The notes under the pieces are model-generated. The model saw only the letters and a list, made by a program, of their open reading frames with translations. It did not search any database and was not told the origin of the DNA. A DNA stretch of 63,875 bases, the filler included, from Corallochytrium limacisporum Hawaii (lineage: Eukaryota > Protista > Pluriformea), in NCBI GenBank assembly GCA_002811645.1. It is 6 parts of 6 records of this genome, joined end to end, with 100 filler letters (N's around TTAATTAATTAA, not from the genome) between each part and the next. Parts side by side here need not be neighbours in the genome. Positions count along the whole stretch, not along the records: positions 24,833 to 43,018 come from PDIP01000271.1; 5 more parts are not named here. One strand, 5' to 3'. Positions 25,921 through 36,553 of the stretch are shown here, piece after piece. The translations under genes and the position numbers were made by a program. Position 1 is the stretch's first letter. Each line of letters begins with the position of its first letter.

Positions 25921-26438
25921 TCACTTCAGATCCTGCTCCTGCACACCCTGATCAAGCAGCTCTGCCACATCGGGGGTATTCGTGTCCCGCTCATACAAGC
26001 CAAAGACATGGCCATCTGGTGTGCGCACACTGGCTACCTTGCCATGTACCGTGTGCTGAATGGCGCCATCGAGGTGTGCGCCTGCCATGACAAGCTTTGG
26101 AACTGCGTGGTCCAGATTCTGTACGTCCATGTGGAACAGGGGAGTGTAGCCAGTGCTCAACAATGGTTCACTGTAGAAGGATTAAGGGATATGTAATCAA
26201 ATACAGCACGTTAGCCAGCCATTCGTCCAAAGTCTAATTTCAAAACAGGAAGACCTGATACTTACTTATATGTTTCTTGGAGTGCAAACACCGATCCATC
26301 GGCGGATTTGATCTCAGCGTATCCATCGGATTCTTTTCCCGGGTGCATTCCCAATGCCTCTACGTAGAATTGACGAGATTGCTCCACACTTCGGACCATA
26401 AGGAGAATACGACGCAATGTCGGTCCTGATGCAGACAT
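25921..26438 (-). CDS. Glyoxalase/bleomycin-resistance (VOC) family protein; 2 exons (26438-26266, 26170-25921)
   Basis: Exon 1 MSASGPTLRRILLMVRSVEQSRQFYVEALGM joins in frame, across a 95-nt GTAAGT...CTACAG intron (26265-26171), to EPLLSTGYTPLFHMDVQNLD...GAHLDGAIQHTVHGKVASVRTPDGHVFGLYE, a typical VOC pattern. Confidence 0.88.
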
Positions 26439-27154
26439 CGTTTTCTTACAGCCTAGTTTTCTTCCCAACCTTAAACTTCACCCTACATGATTACCAAATA
26501 ATGCTTGCCACGCGAAAGATAAAGGGACTATTTACTCAGTTCATGGTTTTACAGTAGTACATGTTTCGATTCTGTACGCCAACTAGTTATAAACCCAGAG
26601 TCTGAAGTACCAAAGTGCAGCTTGCTTGCCTCACAATGGCGGATATGCGGACATTACTCCCGGCACGCGTGCCCAAGTTTTCTCTCTCCCGGCCGTGAAG
26701 GTTTGGCCTCGCATTCTCCTCCGGGGAAGAACATTGCAAGGAGAAAGGAGATGAACGCAAGCAACAGCAGGGGAGGGGTCTCAAAAGCCCTTAACCCCCC
26801 CCACCCTCTCTCTGCTTGCACACACATACAAAACACCTCCACCCTCCCCTTTTTGTATCCACCCGCGCGGTCTGTGTGTTTCGCCTACCGACCTGCCTCT
26901 CCTCTTCGTTCTACGCAGAAAAAATATCTGGGCAGAAGACCCCCTGAGCGAAAAGAAGAGTGTATGCCACACAAACCAAGGCTCATGGCTACTTCAAAAG
27001 CATTACAGGTGGTACACTGCTTGCAAGAGTTCACAAAGTAGCAGCGTCAGGCGATAAAGAATGCTGTGATCCTCCATCGATAGTCCTTCCTCAGACAACA
27101 AACAGGTGCAGTCAAAACATATGGAGTAGGTACTGATCGCACATACACATCAGC

Positions 27155-28078
27155 ATGGCGGGAGCTGAGTTCGAGTTTTTGCCCGGTGAGAAGGTTCTGT
27201 GCTTCCATGGGCCCCTCATCTATGAAGCCAAATGTCTTAAAGCTGAAGTTCGGCCAAATAAAAACCGCAACAATGAGAAGATGGCTATGTATCGTGTCCA
27301 CTACAACAAATGGAGCACGAGATGGGACGAATGGGTAGACAACACACGCATGCTTAAAGACAATGATGCAAATCGATTGAAGATGAAACAGCTGGTCGAA
27401 GAGCACAAGCGCTCTGCCACCAAGACTCCGTCTCGCAAGCGGCCCTCTGTGTCCAGCAGAGACGGTACAGGCATCGCCACCACGCCAACCGGCGGTGCCG
27501 GTGGCAAGAACAAGAAATCCAAGATGTCTGTAGGTCCTGGAGAAGGAGGCGAGACTTTTATCAGTCCTTTCGAGATTGCCATTCCCCAGATTCTGCGACT
27601 TCAACTCATCGATGACCGCGACTTTATCACAAACCGGCAGATGGTGGTTCCGTTGCCCCGAGAACTTACTGTGACCGGCCTGCTAAACAATTACTACCGG
27701 CGACGCAAGCAACAACATCGCCTGGTCGAGAATCAGAAGACCATGGTGGAATTTGTCCATGGATTGAAAGTGTACTTCGACGTAGCCCTCGGATCCTTGC
27801 TGCTCTATCGTCAGGAACGGCCACAGTACGTCGAGGCGCTACTGAAGCACAAGGACACGCCTACCAGTGAACTCTATGGTCCGGAACATCTGCTGCGTTT
27901 ATTCCTGCGTCTGCCCCAAATGATTGCCAGAACGAGCATGGACCGCAAATCGATTGCTACCCTGAAGGCATGCTGTCTTGATGTTCTGGCATACATGGAG
28001 GAAGAATATGACAGTATGTTCCTGAAAGAGTACGACAACGTCACTCCGGAACAACTACGTGTTCTCCACCACGGATAG
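27155..28078 (+). CDS. MORF4L1: MRG15/Eaf3 chromatin reader (chromo-barrel + MRG domain)
   Basis: GEKVLCFHGPLIYEAKCLK...YRVHYNKWSTRWDEWV chromo-barrel; MRG domain YFDVALGSLLLYRQERPQY...YGPEHLLRLF. Confidence 0.96.
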   Translation: MAGAEFEFLPGEKVLCFHGPLIYEAKCLKAEVRPNKNRNNEKMAMYRVHYNKWSTRWDEWVDNTRMLKDNDANRLKMKQLVEEHKRSATKTPSRKRPSVSSRDGTGIATTPTGGAGGKNKKSKMSVGPGEGGETFISPFEIAIPQILRLQLIDDRDFITNRQMVVPLPRELTVTGLLNNYYRRRKQQHRLVENQKTMVEFVHGLKVYFDVALGSLLLYRQERPQYVEALLKHKDTPTSELYGPEHLLRLFLRLPQMIARTSMDRKSIATLKACCLDVLAYMEEEYDSMFLKEYDNVTPEQLRVLHHG

Positions 28079-28655
28079 TTAAGCCCATGTGTTCGTTAGC
28101 AAAATAGAAAAGAATACAACGATTGAGCGTAAGTTTTCGTTGGTGAGTGTTTGGGTCTTTTTCGTATGGTGCGAACGTAGTGGGCACCATCCATCTGGGC
28201 ACCATCCATCAGTGCAATTTGCGAATCGCCGCACACACGAGCGAGGGGTCCCCATTGCAGTCCCCATTGGCCCGTCCCCTTGGCTCCCCCCCTCACCTTC
28301 CAACCGTTCAATTCATATACGGATTGTCTTTAAAAAAATGGCTGTCCGCCCAATCCCTCAACCGAGGGGGAGTCCTTTTTGTTCTAACGCCTTTTTGTTT
28401 TCGCGCCAGAAACTGGTAGGCCCAGCATAGTGAATTGTGTGCGGTGGGGGAGCTCGTACGATCATACAGGGGGCCATCCGGGAGCACCGGGACCCAAGCC
28501 GACCTTTGTACGGTGTCGTGGGTCCTGAGTTGGTACTCAAGATTGGTATGCTACAGGAGTGTTATATCAGAACTGGTCCAGTGGCATGCACAGCACACAC
28601 ATGACGACATTATTTGATGGTGATGTAACAGTTTTGTAGTATAGGTCATATAGAA

Positions 28656-29251
28656 ATGGTAGCCAGAAAGCAATCAGAGTGGGACATTCAAGTCGCCGTC
28701 ATTGCACGGTTGGCAAAGAAAACTCTTAAAGACTACAACATTAGCAAGGATGCGAGGACAGCCCTTATGAAGGCTGCTTCGATATTCGTTCTTTACTTGA
28801 ATAGCACGTAAGTAGAACATATTTGACAAGCACTGTATCACCATGAATCATTGGTATTAACATCTGATCTCTCGTTGAAATTCGTACATGCAGAGCAAAT
28901 GACATGGCCAAGTCACGGAAGCGGCGGACTGTTTCCGCTGATGACGTATTTGCAGCCCTGGACGAGATTGAACTCGGTAATCTAATCCCTGCCTGCCGAG
29001 ATGTAGTAGCCAAGCGTATGTCAGCCATCAAATCGAGACCGAAGCAGCCGCGGAAATCCAAGAAGAAAGCTGAGGACACAGCAGAAGGTGAGGGCGAGGA
29101 AGAAGAGGAGGCTGCCAATGAAGATGGTGACGACATGGAACAGGATGAAGAAGTCCCTGAAGAGCCAACGGTCGATTTTGAGGCGACACGGATCGATGGC
29201 GTTGCCGTGAGCTCTCAGCCGGCATATGAGACCGACAGTCCGAAGCTTTGA
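28656..29251 (+). CDS. POLE3: Histone-fold protein POLE3/Dpb4/CHRAC17; 2 exons (28656-28807, 28894-29251)
   Basis: MVARKQSEWDIQVAVIARLAKKTLKDYNISKDARTALMKAASIFVLYLNS, then an 86-nt GTAAGT...TGCAG intron (28808-28893), then ANDMAKSRKRRTVSADDVFAALDEIEL and an acidic tail. The ORF track shows only exon 2. Confidence 0.9.
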
Positions 29252-29660
29252 ATCTTATCACAATAAACAATCGCAATGTTATTAAGATGTTGAAGACATC
29301 TGAGGTTACAGACGCCTTCATGCTGTTTATTCACACTCTTATTATTGGTCTCCTGAGCGCAAATTGCGGGCCGGAGTCTTCATAGTTCCAAAGGAATCCA
29401 ATTGCAAGCGCAAAGCACACATCTATGACATACTAATCGAGCATGCTAGAAGCCCTTTTGCAGCCAATTCCCAGGAAGGAACACAACGAAGGGGTTACTC
29501 CCGAACGTCGACCGCAATGTAAGCGAAAAGCCCGAGGTCTCAATCCTCCACGGGAGTCGACCGAGGAAGCTTTCCGTGGATACGAAGTACGTTCGCAATC
29601 GTCTTTGTGAACCAAAGTTACTCACGGACCATGCGCATAGAGTCATCGAGCCTTTCCAAT

Positions 29661-30074
29661 TTACTTGGAAACCTGTTCGAGGACAGCTTGGAACTCGATT
29701 TCACTGGCGTCAGTGGCCTGGACCTCCTTGGCGATTCCAACCAGCTGCTTCTTCAGACCGTCCTTACTAGAAGCGTACAACATCTTACGCTTGATGGTGG
29801 AGTCTTCGGGGGCCCAGTGGATGAAGGTGACCTTCTGACGGTCACCACCCTCATCGGTCTTGTAGTCAAAGTCGTAGAAGGCGTAGCGGCCATCGCTAGG
29901 GGGGAGCTCAGCAACGAAATCGTCCCAGGTAGCCTCCTTAGGAGACTTCTTCTCACAGATGATCTCGGTGTTGGTGTCGTTGAGCTTGCACACAATGTAC
30001 TTGTGGGTGTGCTTGAGCTTGAGCTCCTGGAAGGCATCCAGCACCTCCTGAGAAACTGCGACTCCCGAAGCCAT
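29661..30074 (-). CDS. COF1: Cofilin / actin-depolymerizing factor
   Basis: MASGVAVS N-terminus, RYAFYDFDY, FIHWAPEDSTIKRKMLYASSKDGLK; strong codon bias. Confidence 0.98.
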   Translation of the reverse strand: MASGVAVSQEVLDAFQELKLKHTHKYIVCKLNDTNTEIICEKKSPKEATWDDFVAELPPSDGRYAFYDFDYKTDEGGDRQKVTFIHWAPEDSTIKRKMLYASSKDGLKKQLVGIAKEVQATDASEIEFQAVLEQVSK

Positions 30075-33000
30075 TTTGATTTAATTGAATTTATAAAACT
30101 TCGATTGTAATCTGATCACAAAGTTGAAAACTTCCGCCGACTGGCTGGGTGTGCCAAAGGTACCGCGATCCTCTAAGTACCTTGGCGCTGTTCTGTGAGA
30201 GGAGGTGACCCAAAACCCATCCATGAAATAATTCTGAACAAACGAAGAGCTTGTCTATCAGGAATCGCAATTAACGCTTGAGAACCCCAGTGTCTGTGGT
30301 TCTGATGCCCGTGTTCCGTCTGATGAAATGTTTTGTTGGTGTGCTCCTCCGATGGCTCAAATCACAAAACACGGGACGCACACAGCTGCGGAACGATTCG
30401 CTTTTGACGCTGCTGCAGTTAGTTGTGTCGGATCTTTCAGTTCTTTATATTTTGCGTGGCGGCATCACACAACACGGTTCTCAACCCATTGACAGTTCAT
30501 ATCGAAATCGAAAGTCGCGTGACATCCCCCGGCGGGGAGGGGGGTTCGGGCTAGTCTCCCCTCCGCCCCTCTCTCTCTCTCTCTCTTCGCCCGTTCGGTC
30601 TCTCTCGGTTTTCCATTTTTTTTTTCTCGTATTTTCTGTGTGGGGAGGGGGGGGGAGAGGATTGGTGGGAAGGGGCGGAGGGGGGGAGAGAGCGAGAGAG
30701 AGAGAGAGGGAAGGGAACCAATACTTTTACTGCTTTTCACAAGGCAAATGAACAACAGCCAGCGAGCGAATCATTGGTGGCGGTGTTTGCAACATTGGGC
30801 CTCCTAAGCATTTCGTCAGACATACCGTGAGCGTCTTCCCCCCCCTTCTCCCCCTCCCCTCCTTCCTTAATTTTTCTCTCCCTCTTTTTCACTTTTTTTT
30901 GGGGGGGGGGGAGAGAGAGAGAGAGAGGTGGCCGGACCACCTAAATTCTCTCTTTTGTCCATGGTGGCTCCCCAATGTTATGGAATTTCATTTTCAACGG
31001 ATTTCCTTCTTTCTTTTCCTTTTTATTGAGCGTGCCATTTGTTGTCCGGTCTCTCCTTCGGCAGGACACACAGTAAAAAAAAAGAAAAAGAAAACGGCAG
31101 ATACCACGTCAAAGAACTTTTTTTATTTTCGTTTGTTTCGTTTTAAAAAAAATGAAGTGTTATCGTTCTCCAACCCCCCCGTCAACATAAGGCAACCAAT
31201 GAAAACCCATCAATATGTTCAGTATGCCAATGGAGACCCATCCGTCGTTGGGTTCGCCTTCCCCGGCCGTCGGTGTGCCGAAGAACGCACAACAAAATCC
31301 CGTTCTCAACTGCGGTGTTTTTATATGGAAATTTTCCTTCTCGTTCGGACGCCCACTCGGACCCTTGCCGTGTGGCGGTGAATTAGCGGGGCCCCGCGCG
31401 GACAAAAGTCAAAACAAAGCCAAGAACTGTCGATATGAACCATTTCTGAGAATATATCACACATATTAAGTACCCAAATCCACTGTATACGTTAAACATG
31501 ACCTATGCGCATTCGGTGAGCACAAGGCCTTCGTCCTCGGTATTTCGTCCAGCGGTGTTCGCCCCTATTTTGCCGTTTCTTTTTCCCGGCCCCCTTTTTT
31601 TTTTGTCTTCTATTTTCTCCTAGCAAAGGGAGACAGGGGAGCGTGTCCCTCTCTCTCTTATATTTTTTTTCTACATTGGCTTCAGATTTTGCCAGTGTAT
31701 TTTTCGGTTGCCCACAGCGCCTCCCATGTGTTGTTCCCCTTTTTAAATTCTCTTTCGTTTCCTGTTTTTTTTTGCCTTCTAGTCTTCCTCTTTTTTCCCC
31801 CTTTTCTTTTATGGAAATTTTACGCTGCCGGTGTGTTTTTTCTTCCCAAGCGCTCCTCTCCCACCCTTTAAATAGTAAACTCCAAAAAAAATATGGACAC
31901 CGGAAAAGTCCGGGTTGAATTTTTTGTTTCATTGCCATGTCCCATTGTTTCAAAGGGCAAAAGGATAAAACAAAAAACAAAGGAAAAGAAAGGATGTCTG
32001 TTCACTTCGAACCCGCGGGTGGAGGGGGGTCTGTTGCGCTCCCGTTGTTTTATTTACCTCCGCAGCAGTAATTGGACTAGCCGTCGGAATCCTTTGTTCT
32101 CATTGGCCGAATTTTGTTTCAGGTGCTGTTGCTCCCCTTTCCGCGTGGTCTCCCGCACCCCTCTCTCACAGTCGGCTTTTTTTTTTCACTACTCTGATTG
32201 GTGTCTCGAAACAGTGATTTCTAAGTTTACTATGCAATTATATGGAATTCGGAAACCATACAAATTGCAATGTGAGCGACCATGCGCCCTCATCGTGAAT
32301 TGGGGGGAGGGCAAATGGGAGCCCACAGGGTTTCTCTCGCTGGCTTTTTTCACGAATGTTCTTGTATCCAATTATATTCATAATATTGTTAAGCTATTAA
32401 GTATTAAATATAACAATATTATGTAGAGAGTATGGACGGTTCACCTATCTGAGTTTCTGTTTGTTTACGACACTCCCGGCAAGGGCCACTACGCACACGC
32501 GTCAGGCCTCCCCTTCCTTTTTGTCTTTTTCTGACCCGGGACCGTGCCCGGAGGTTTCAAAGCCAAGGGAGACTGAGAGACCCGAAAGCTTGCTAGAGAC
32601 CCTCCTTAAAAAACCAAATGCCCCGAGAAGGGACACTACAAGCATTCAAATATATAAAAAAGACACAGGGGGGAGAGGAGAGAGAGCGTGAAAGAATGGG
32701 AAAAGGTAAAAGAACGAAAGGGCCAGCGCAAAAAGGCAGTTGCATAGTTTCTCCAGCTCTGATTGGTGGAAAATGGCCGGGGCCTTCCAGAAGGGTTTAG
32801 TTGTAAAGCGAGACGGCCAAACCGGAAACAAAGGGGGGGGGGTCGGCGGCAGAGGGAGAGGAGGGAGAGCAGACGAGGAAGGCCGACCCCAGCCTCCGGA
32901 GTAAGGATCGAAGTGTGGGACCTGACGGTGACTTTGGCGACGAATAATGGACGGAGGAGAACTGGGGTTAAGTTTGCAGGAAAGTATCTGCCATGCGGAC

Positions 33001-33097
33001 AAACAGGGGCCATTCGAGGTGACGATAGTCGTATCCATTACACTACCTTACGTTACATACATATTGGTGTATTGTTACCAGGCGGACCACTTTCCAT

Positions 33098-34540
33098 TTA
33101 GAGATCAGCCATCAGGTCGTCACCTGCTGCAGACTGCTGGGTGGCAATGCTCTCGTTCTTATGCTTTGCGCCGGCCTTGATGGTCTTGCGAACTGTGACC
33201 AGACAGTCCTTGAGGCTTGCTCCATTCTCAACCAAGCACTGGTGACACAGGATGGTGTTCTGGATGGTGACTTCGTCCTTGATAGTGACATAATCCATGA
33301 TAATGGAGTCGATAATCTTGACCTTACTACCGATGCGACAGTGCTGACCAATGACACTGCGCTTCACTGTCGTTTTCTCACCAAACTGAGAGCCATTACC
33401 GACAATACAATCAGCACCAATCTGGCTCCGCTGGCCAACTACCGTGTTCTCACCCCGCAGTGACAGTTCCCAGGTTGGCAAGAACTTGGTGATACGACGG
33501 TTGGTCAGGATGTACGTGGGCACAGTGTTGCAGCGATCTGCCATCGGCAGATTCTTTACCAGAGCCATGCATTTGACGCAGGTGGCACTGGTGATGGTGA
33601 GCTTGCGGGGGCCTCCCTCTCCGAGCTTGTTAATGCCCGAGGAAATGGATGTTTGCGTTGACTGGGGGGCTGAGCCTCGGTAGGCGGAGTTCGCCACGCG
33701 CCTGTTACTTGCCTCCTGACCCATCAAGAGGAGCTCATTTGCCTGCTGATCCGCTTCATCCATGACATGACGTACCTTGCGGAACTGATTGCGCACCAAG
33801 TACGGTAGCAAATGCCGACGAATGGAGCTTATCCAATCCTGAGTGAGGATGTAGTCCAGAACCCACCGGCTGAGAACGTAAACGTGGGCATCAATGAGAG
33901 AGTTCGTGAGACGCACTCCGCGCTGACGAATGACCAAAGACTTGCTCAGTTTCAGGGTGGCTTCTGGGTCCTGTTCTTCATCGCCGTTCATGTACACCAA
34001 TCGTGATCCGCTACCGTCCAGGCCGATGTAGTCCTTCCCCCGTACCTTCGCACCCTGTTTGCGAAGTTCTTGTTCAGAAGGGTCAAGTACCTCCGTTGCA
34101 TTGGCCAGTAGACAGGTGATGCTGGCGTCGGATATCCGATGCAAATCCGTAAGTTCACGTAGGTCTATGTCTACGATGATGTCGCTGCTCAATACGATGA
34201 TATCGTTGTTAACTAGGTCCTTGATATTTCGCAGAGCGTCAGCGGTTGTGGCATCATTGGCAACCGGTGTGATTCTCAGGGACAGTTTTCCATCTGAAGA
34301 GTTCTTGAAAAGGCTTTCAAATTGTTGGAAGTCCTCTAAATACCGCTGTGATACCACAATGATCACCTCCTCTAAACCCGCCTTTTCCAAAAGCTTCAAC
34401 TGATAAAATAGTTGCGGATGCCCTCCCACAGGCAGCAGTGCCTTAGGAATCTGTTCTGTTAATGGGTACAATGAAGAATCATTGTCTGAAGCAATGATTA
34501 CAGCCTGAAACAGGTGGCCAAACTGAACGGTCTCCGGCAT
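33098..34540 (-). CDS. EIF2B3: Translation initiation factor eIF2B gamma subunit
   Basis: FQAVIIA...LYPLTEQIPKALLPVG nucleotidyltransferase-like domain, DAHVYVLSRWVLD, SIRRHLLPYLVRNQF, and a C-terminal left-handed beta-helix (VKRSVIGQHCRIG). Confidence 0.93.
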   Translation of the reverse strand: MPETVQFGHLFQAVIIASDNDSSLYPLTEQIPKALLPVGGHPQLFYQLKLLEKAGLEEVIIVVSQRYLEDFQQFESLFKNSSDGKLSLRITPVANDATTADALRNIKDLVNNDIIVLSSDIIVDIDLRELTDLHRISDASITCLLANATEVLDPSEQELRKQGAKVRGKDYIGLDGSGSRLVYMNGDEEQDPEATLKLSKSLVIRQRGVRLTNSLIDAHVYVLSRWVLDYILTQDWISSIRRHLLPYLVRNQFRKVRHVMDEADQQANELLLMGQEASNRRVANSAYRGSAPQSTQTSISSGINKLGEGGPRKLTITSATCVKCMALVKNLPMADRCNTVPTYILTNRRITKFLPTWELSLRGENTVVGQRSQIGADCIVGNGSQFGEKTTVKRSVIGQHCRIGSKVKIIDSIIMDYVTIKDEVTIQNTILCHQCLVENGASLKDCLVTVRKTIKAGAKHKNESIATQQSAAGDDLMADL

Positions 34541-35194
34541 GCTGTTGCGTATGCTCCTAACTTAAATCCTTGCTGTCTCCTTCCCCATTGGTTACTCTCA
34601 TGTTCCGTCTGGTACGGCTCCTATCAACTTGAACACATTTTCGAGTGCTGCAAATGAGTAATGGTAAATGCAAGAACGTCGTGGTGTACGCAGTTCCTTA
34701 AATATCCGTACTTTTCACAGGTCTCACCTTGCAGTAAACGGGACCACGCAGATGCCCTTGCTTCGCCCTGTCCGCGCCGGGAGGTGTGTGGCCACCCTTC
34801 CCGTGGCTTTTTTCCCTTTGTGTTGCCAGATTTATTTGATATACCTACAAATACCCATTCAATATAAATAGTATTTGTGGATCCTCTAAATATGGATCAC
34901 AGACCTGAAGCTGAACACTTAAGATTCCCTTGGAAGAATGTAAATATAATATACTTAACATTCTATATTGGATCCAAAAGACCCGCCGTTACGCCAGTCG
35001 GTCACTTGCGGTCGTGGGTCGGCCTGGAAATGACGGGTCTCTCTGAGCACGTCCGGGCAGGAAGGAACTAGAGCCGATCTTGTGAGTCACTTCGGGACCG
35101 AGCTATAAAAGTAACAAGCAGTGATGGCAAGAAACGTGAAGCTATTTGAAAGCCGGATTTAACCCTTGTCCAGAACCCGGACGACGCAGAAGGA

Positions 35195-36460
35195 ATGTCC
35201 TCGCATGGTACCATGCAGAGACTCTTCAGACAGATACCACAGGCAGGTGGATGCCTGAGGGTTCTTGTTCAAACAGTGGCAAAAGCTAGTAGCTCATCAA
35301 CCATTCAATCTTCGTATTTTGTTAAGCACGTACCTAGAATTGCTACTTTCAGCACTGCAATAACCTTGAGCAGTCGTGGATCACCACCCGAGTACCCCGG
35401 TACGAAGAACCCGAAGGTCAAGGACGACGGAAAGAATCCGAACTGGGATGATAGCCACCTCACAAACGAAGAGAAGCGTCTGCGTGCAGAGCATGACCTC
35501 AAGAATTTGGAAAGGACAACAAAGCAAATGTACGAGATGGATATGTATAGAGTGGTGGCAGCCATCCAAGACGTCGGTGTAATCTACCTCGACCAGGAAA
35601 AGTTTGTCGGATCCGAGGTGTATCTGAGCAGAGCGGCTGTCATTGCTGAGACACAGTTGCAGGATGATAAGGAGGAAAAGCATGCGGAGTTGTTGGCTTC
35701 GTGCCTAAGCAATCTGGGCCTGGTTTACTTCCGAATAAAGAAGTGGGATCTCGCGCAGCAGACTCTGGAGCGACTGGCCAGCCGAATGAAACACCATACT
35801 TTCAATGGGGCAGGTCACATGCGCCATCAAACCCTCATCCGACTCAGCAAGATGTACATAGACTCAGAAGAATTTTTCAAGGCGGACCGTGTATTACTGG
35901 AGGCACTCAGCGTGACCAACCAAAGCATGGATGTTTCAAGCACTGACATGAGCCTGAGTCAGACGGAGACCATGTTCATGATCGGCTTAGTAAAGCATCG
36001 TCAAACGCGATTTGAAGATGCTCTTGATCGCTACAATGATGCGATTCGAATCCTTAGTAGCAACCACCTGACCCATTCCTCGGATTCAATAGTAGCCGGA
36101 CGGGCGACCGCGCTTCTTGCGGATCTGCACCGCTACTGCGGCACCTGTCTGCTGGCCCTGGAACGCAGAGATGAAGCTATTCTGGAGTTACAGAAGGCAC
36201 TAGACCTGCGCAAATTGCAGTGGAACTCTGTGAATGGTGTGCATCCCGAGGTGATCCATGCGCTGCATGACTTGAGCGTTGTATACGACATCATGGAAAG
36301 ACCTAGGGACGTCCTGGGTTGTCTAAAGGAGCAGCTTACAATAGCAGAAAGGCTGCAACAGGAGGTGCAGGGGAGCCAGGGCGAGCATAGGGAGGATACG
36401 CTCTTCATTAAGGAACTGAAACGAAAGATCACTCAGGTTGAAACTGAACTGGCGGACTGA
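35195..36460 (+). CDS. Tetratricopeptide-repeat protein with putative mitochondrial targeting presequence
   Basis: 421 aa. N-terminus is R/S/T-rich and lacks acidic residues. TPR-like helices: SCLSNLGLVYF, MFMIGLVKHRQTRFEDALDRYNDAI, HPEVIHALHDLSVVY. Confidence 0.75.
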   Translation: MSSHGTMQRLFRQIPQAGGCLRVLVQTVAKASSSSTIQSSYFVKHVPRIATFSTAITLSSRGSPPEYPGTKNPKVKDDGKNPNWDDSHLTNEEKRLRAEHDLKNLERTTKQMYEMDMYRVVAAIQDVGVIYLDQEKFVGSEVYLSRAAVIAETQLQDDKEEKHAELLASCLSNLGLVYFRIKKWDLAQQTLERLASRMKHHTFNGAGHMRHQTLIRLSKMYIDSEEFFKADRVLLEALSVTNQSMDVSSTDMSLSQTETMFMIGLVKHRQTRFEDALDRYNDAIRILSSNHLTHSSDSIVAGRATALLADLHRYCGTCLLALERRDEAILELQKALDLRKLQWNSVNGVHPEVIHALHDLSVVYDIMERPRDVLGCLKEQLTIAERLQQEVQGSQGEHREDTLFIKELKRKITQVETELAD

Positions 36461-36553
36461 GCAATTATATCAGCATGGTCATCACCACCCGCGCCGATGT
36501 CACCTATAGTGATTCACATCAGGAAAGCGCATAGGTTATATTAGCTACACTCA

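Noticed and set aside
32233-32269. Imperfect hairpin TGCAATTATATGG/CCATACAAATTGCA
   Set aside because: Short AT-rich stem with no other supporting features.
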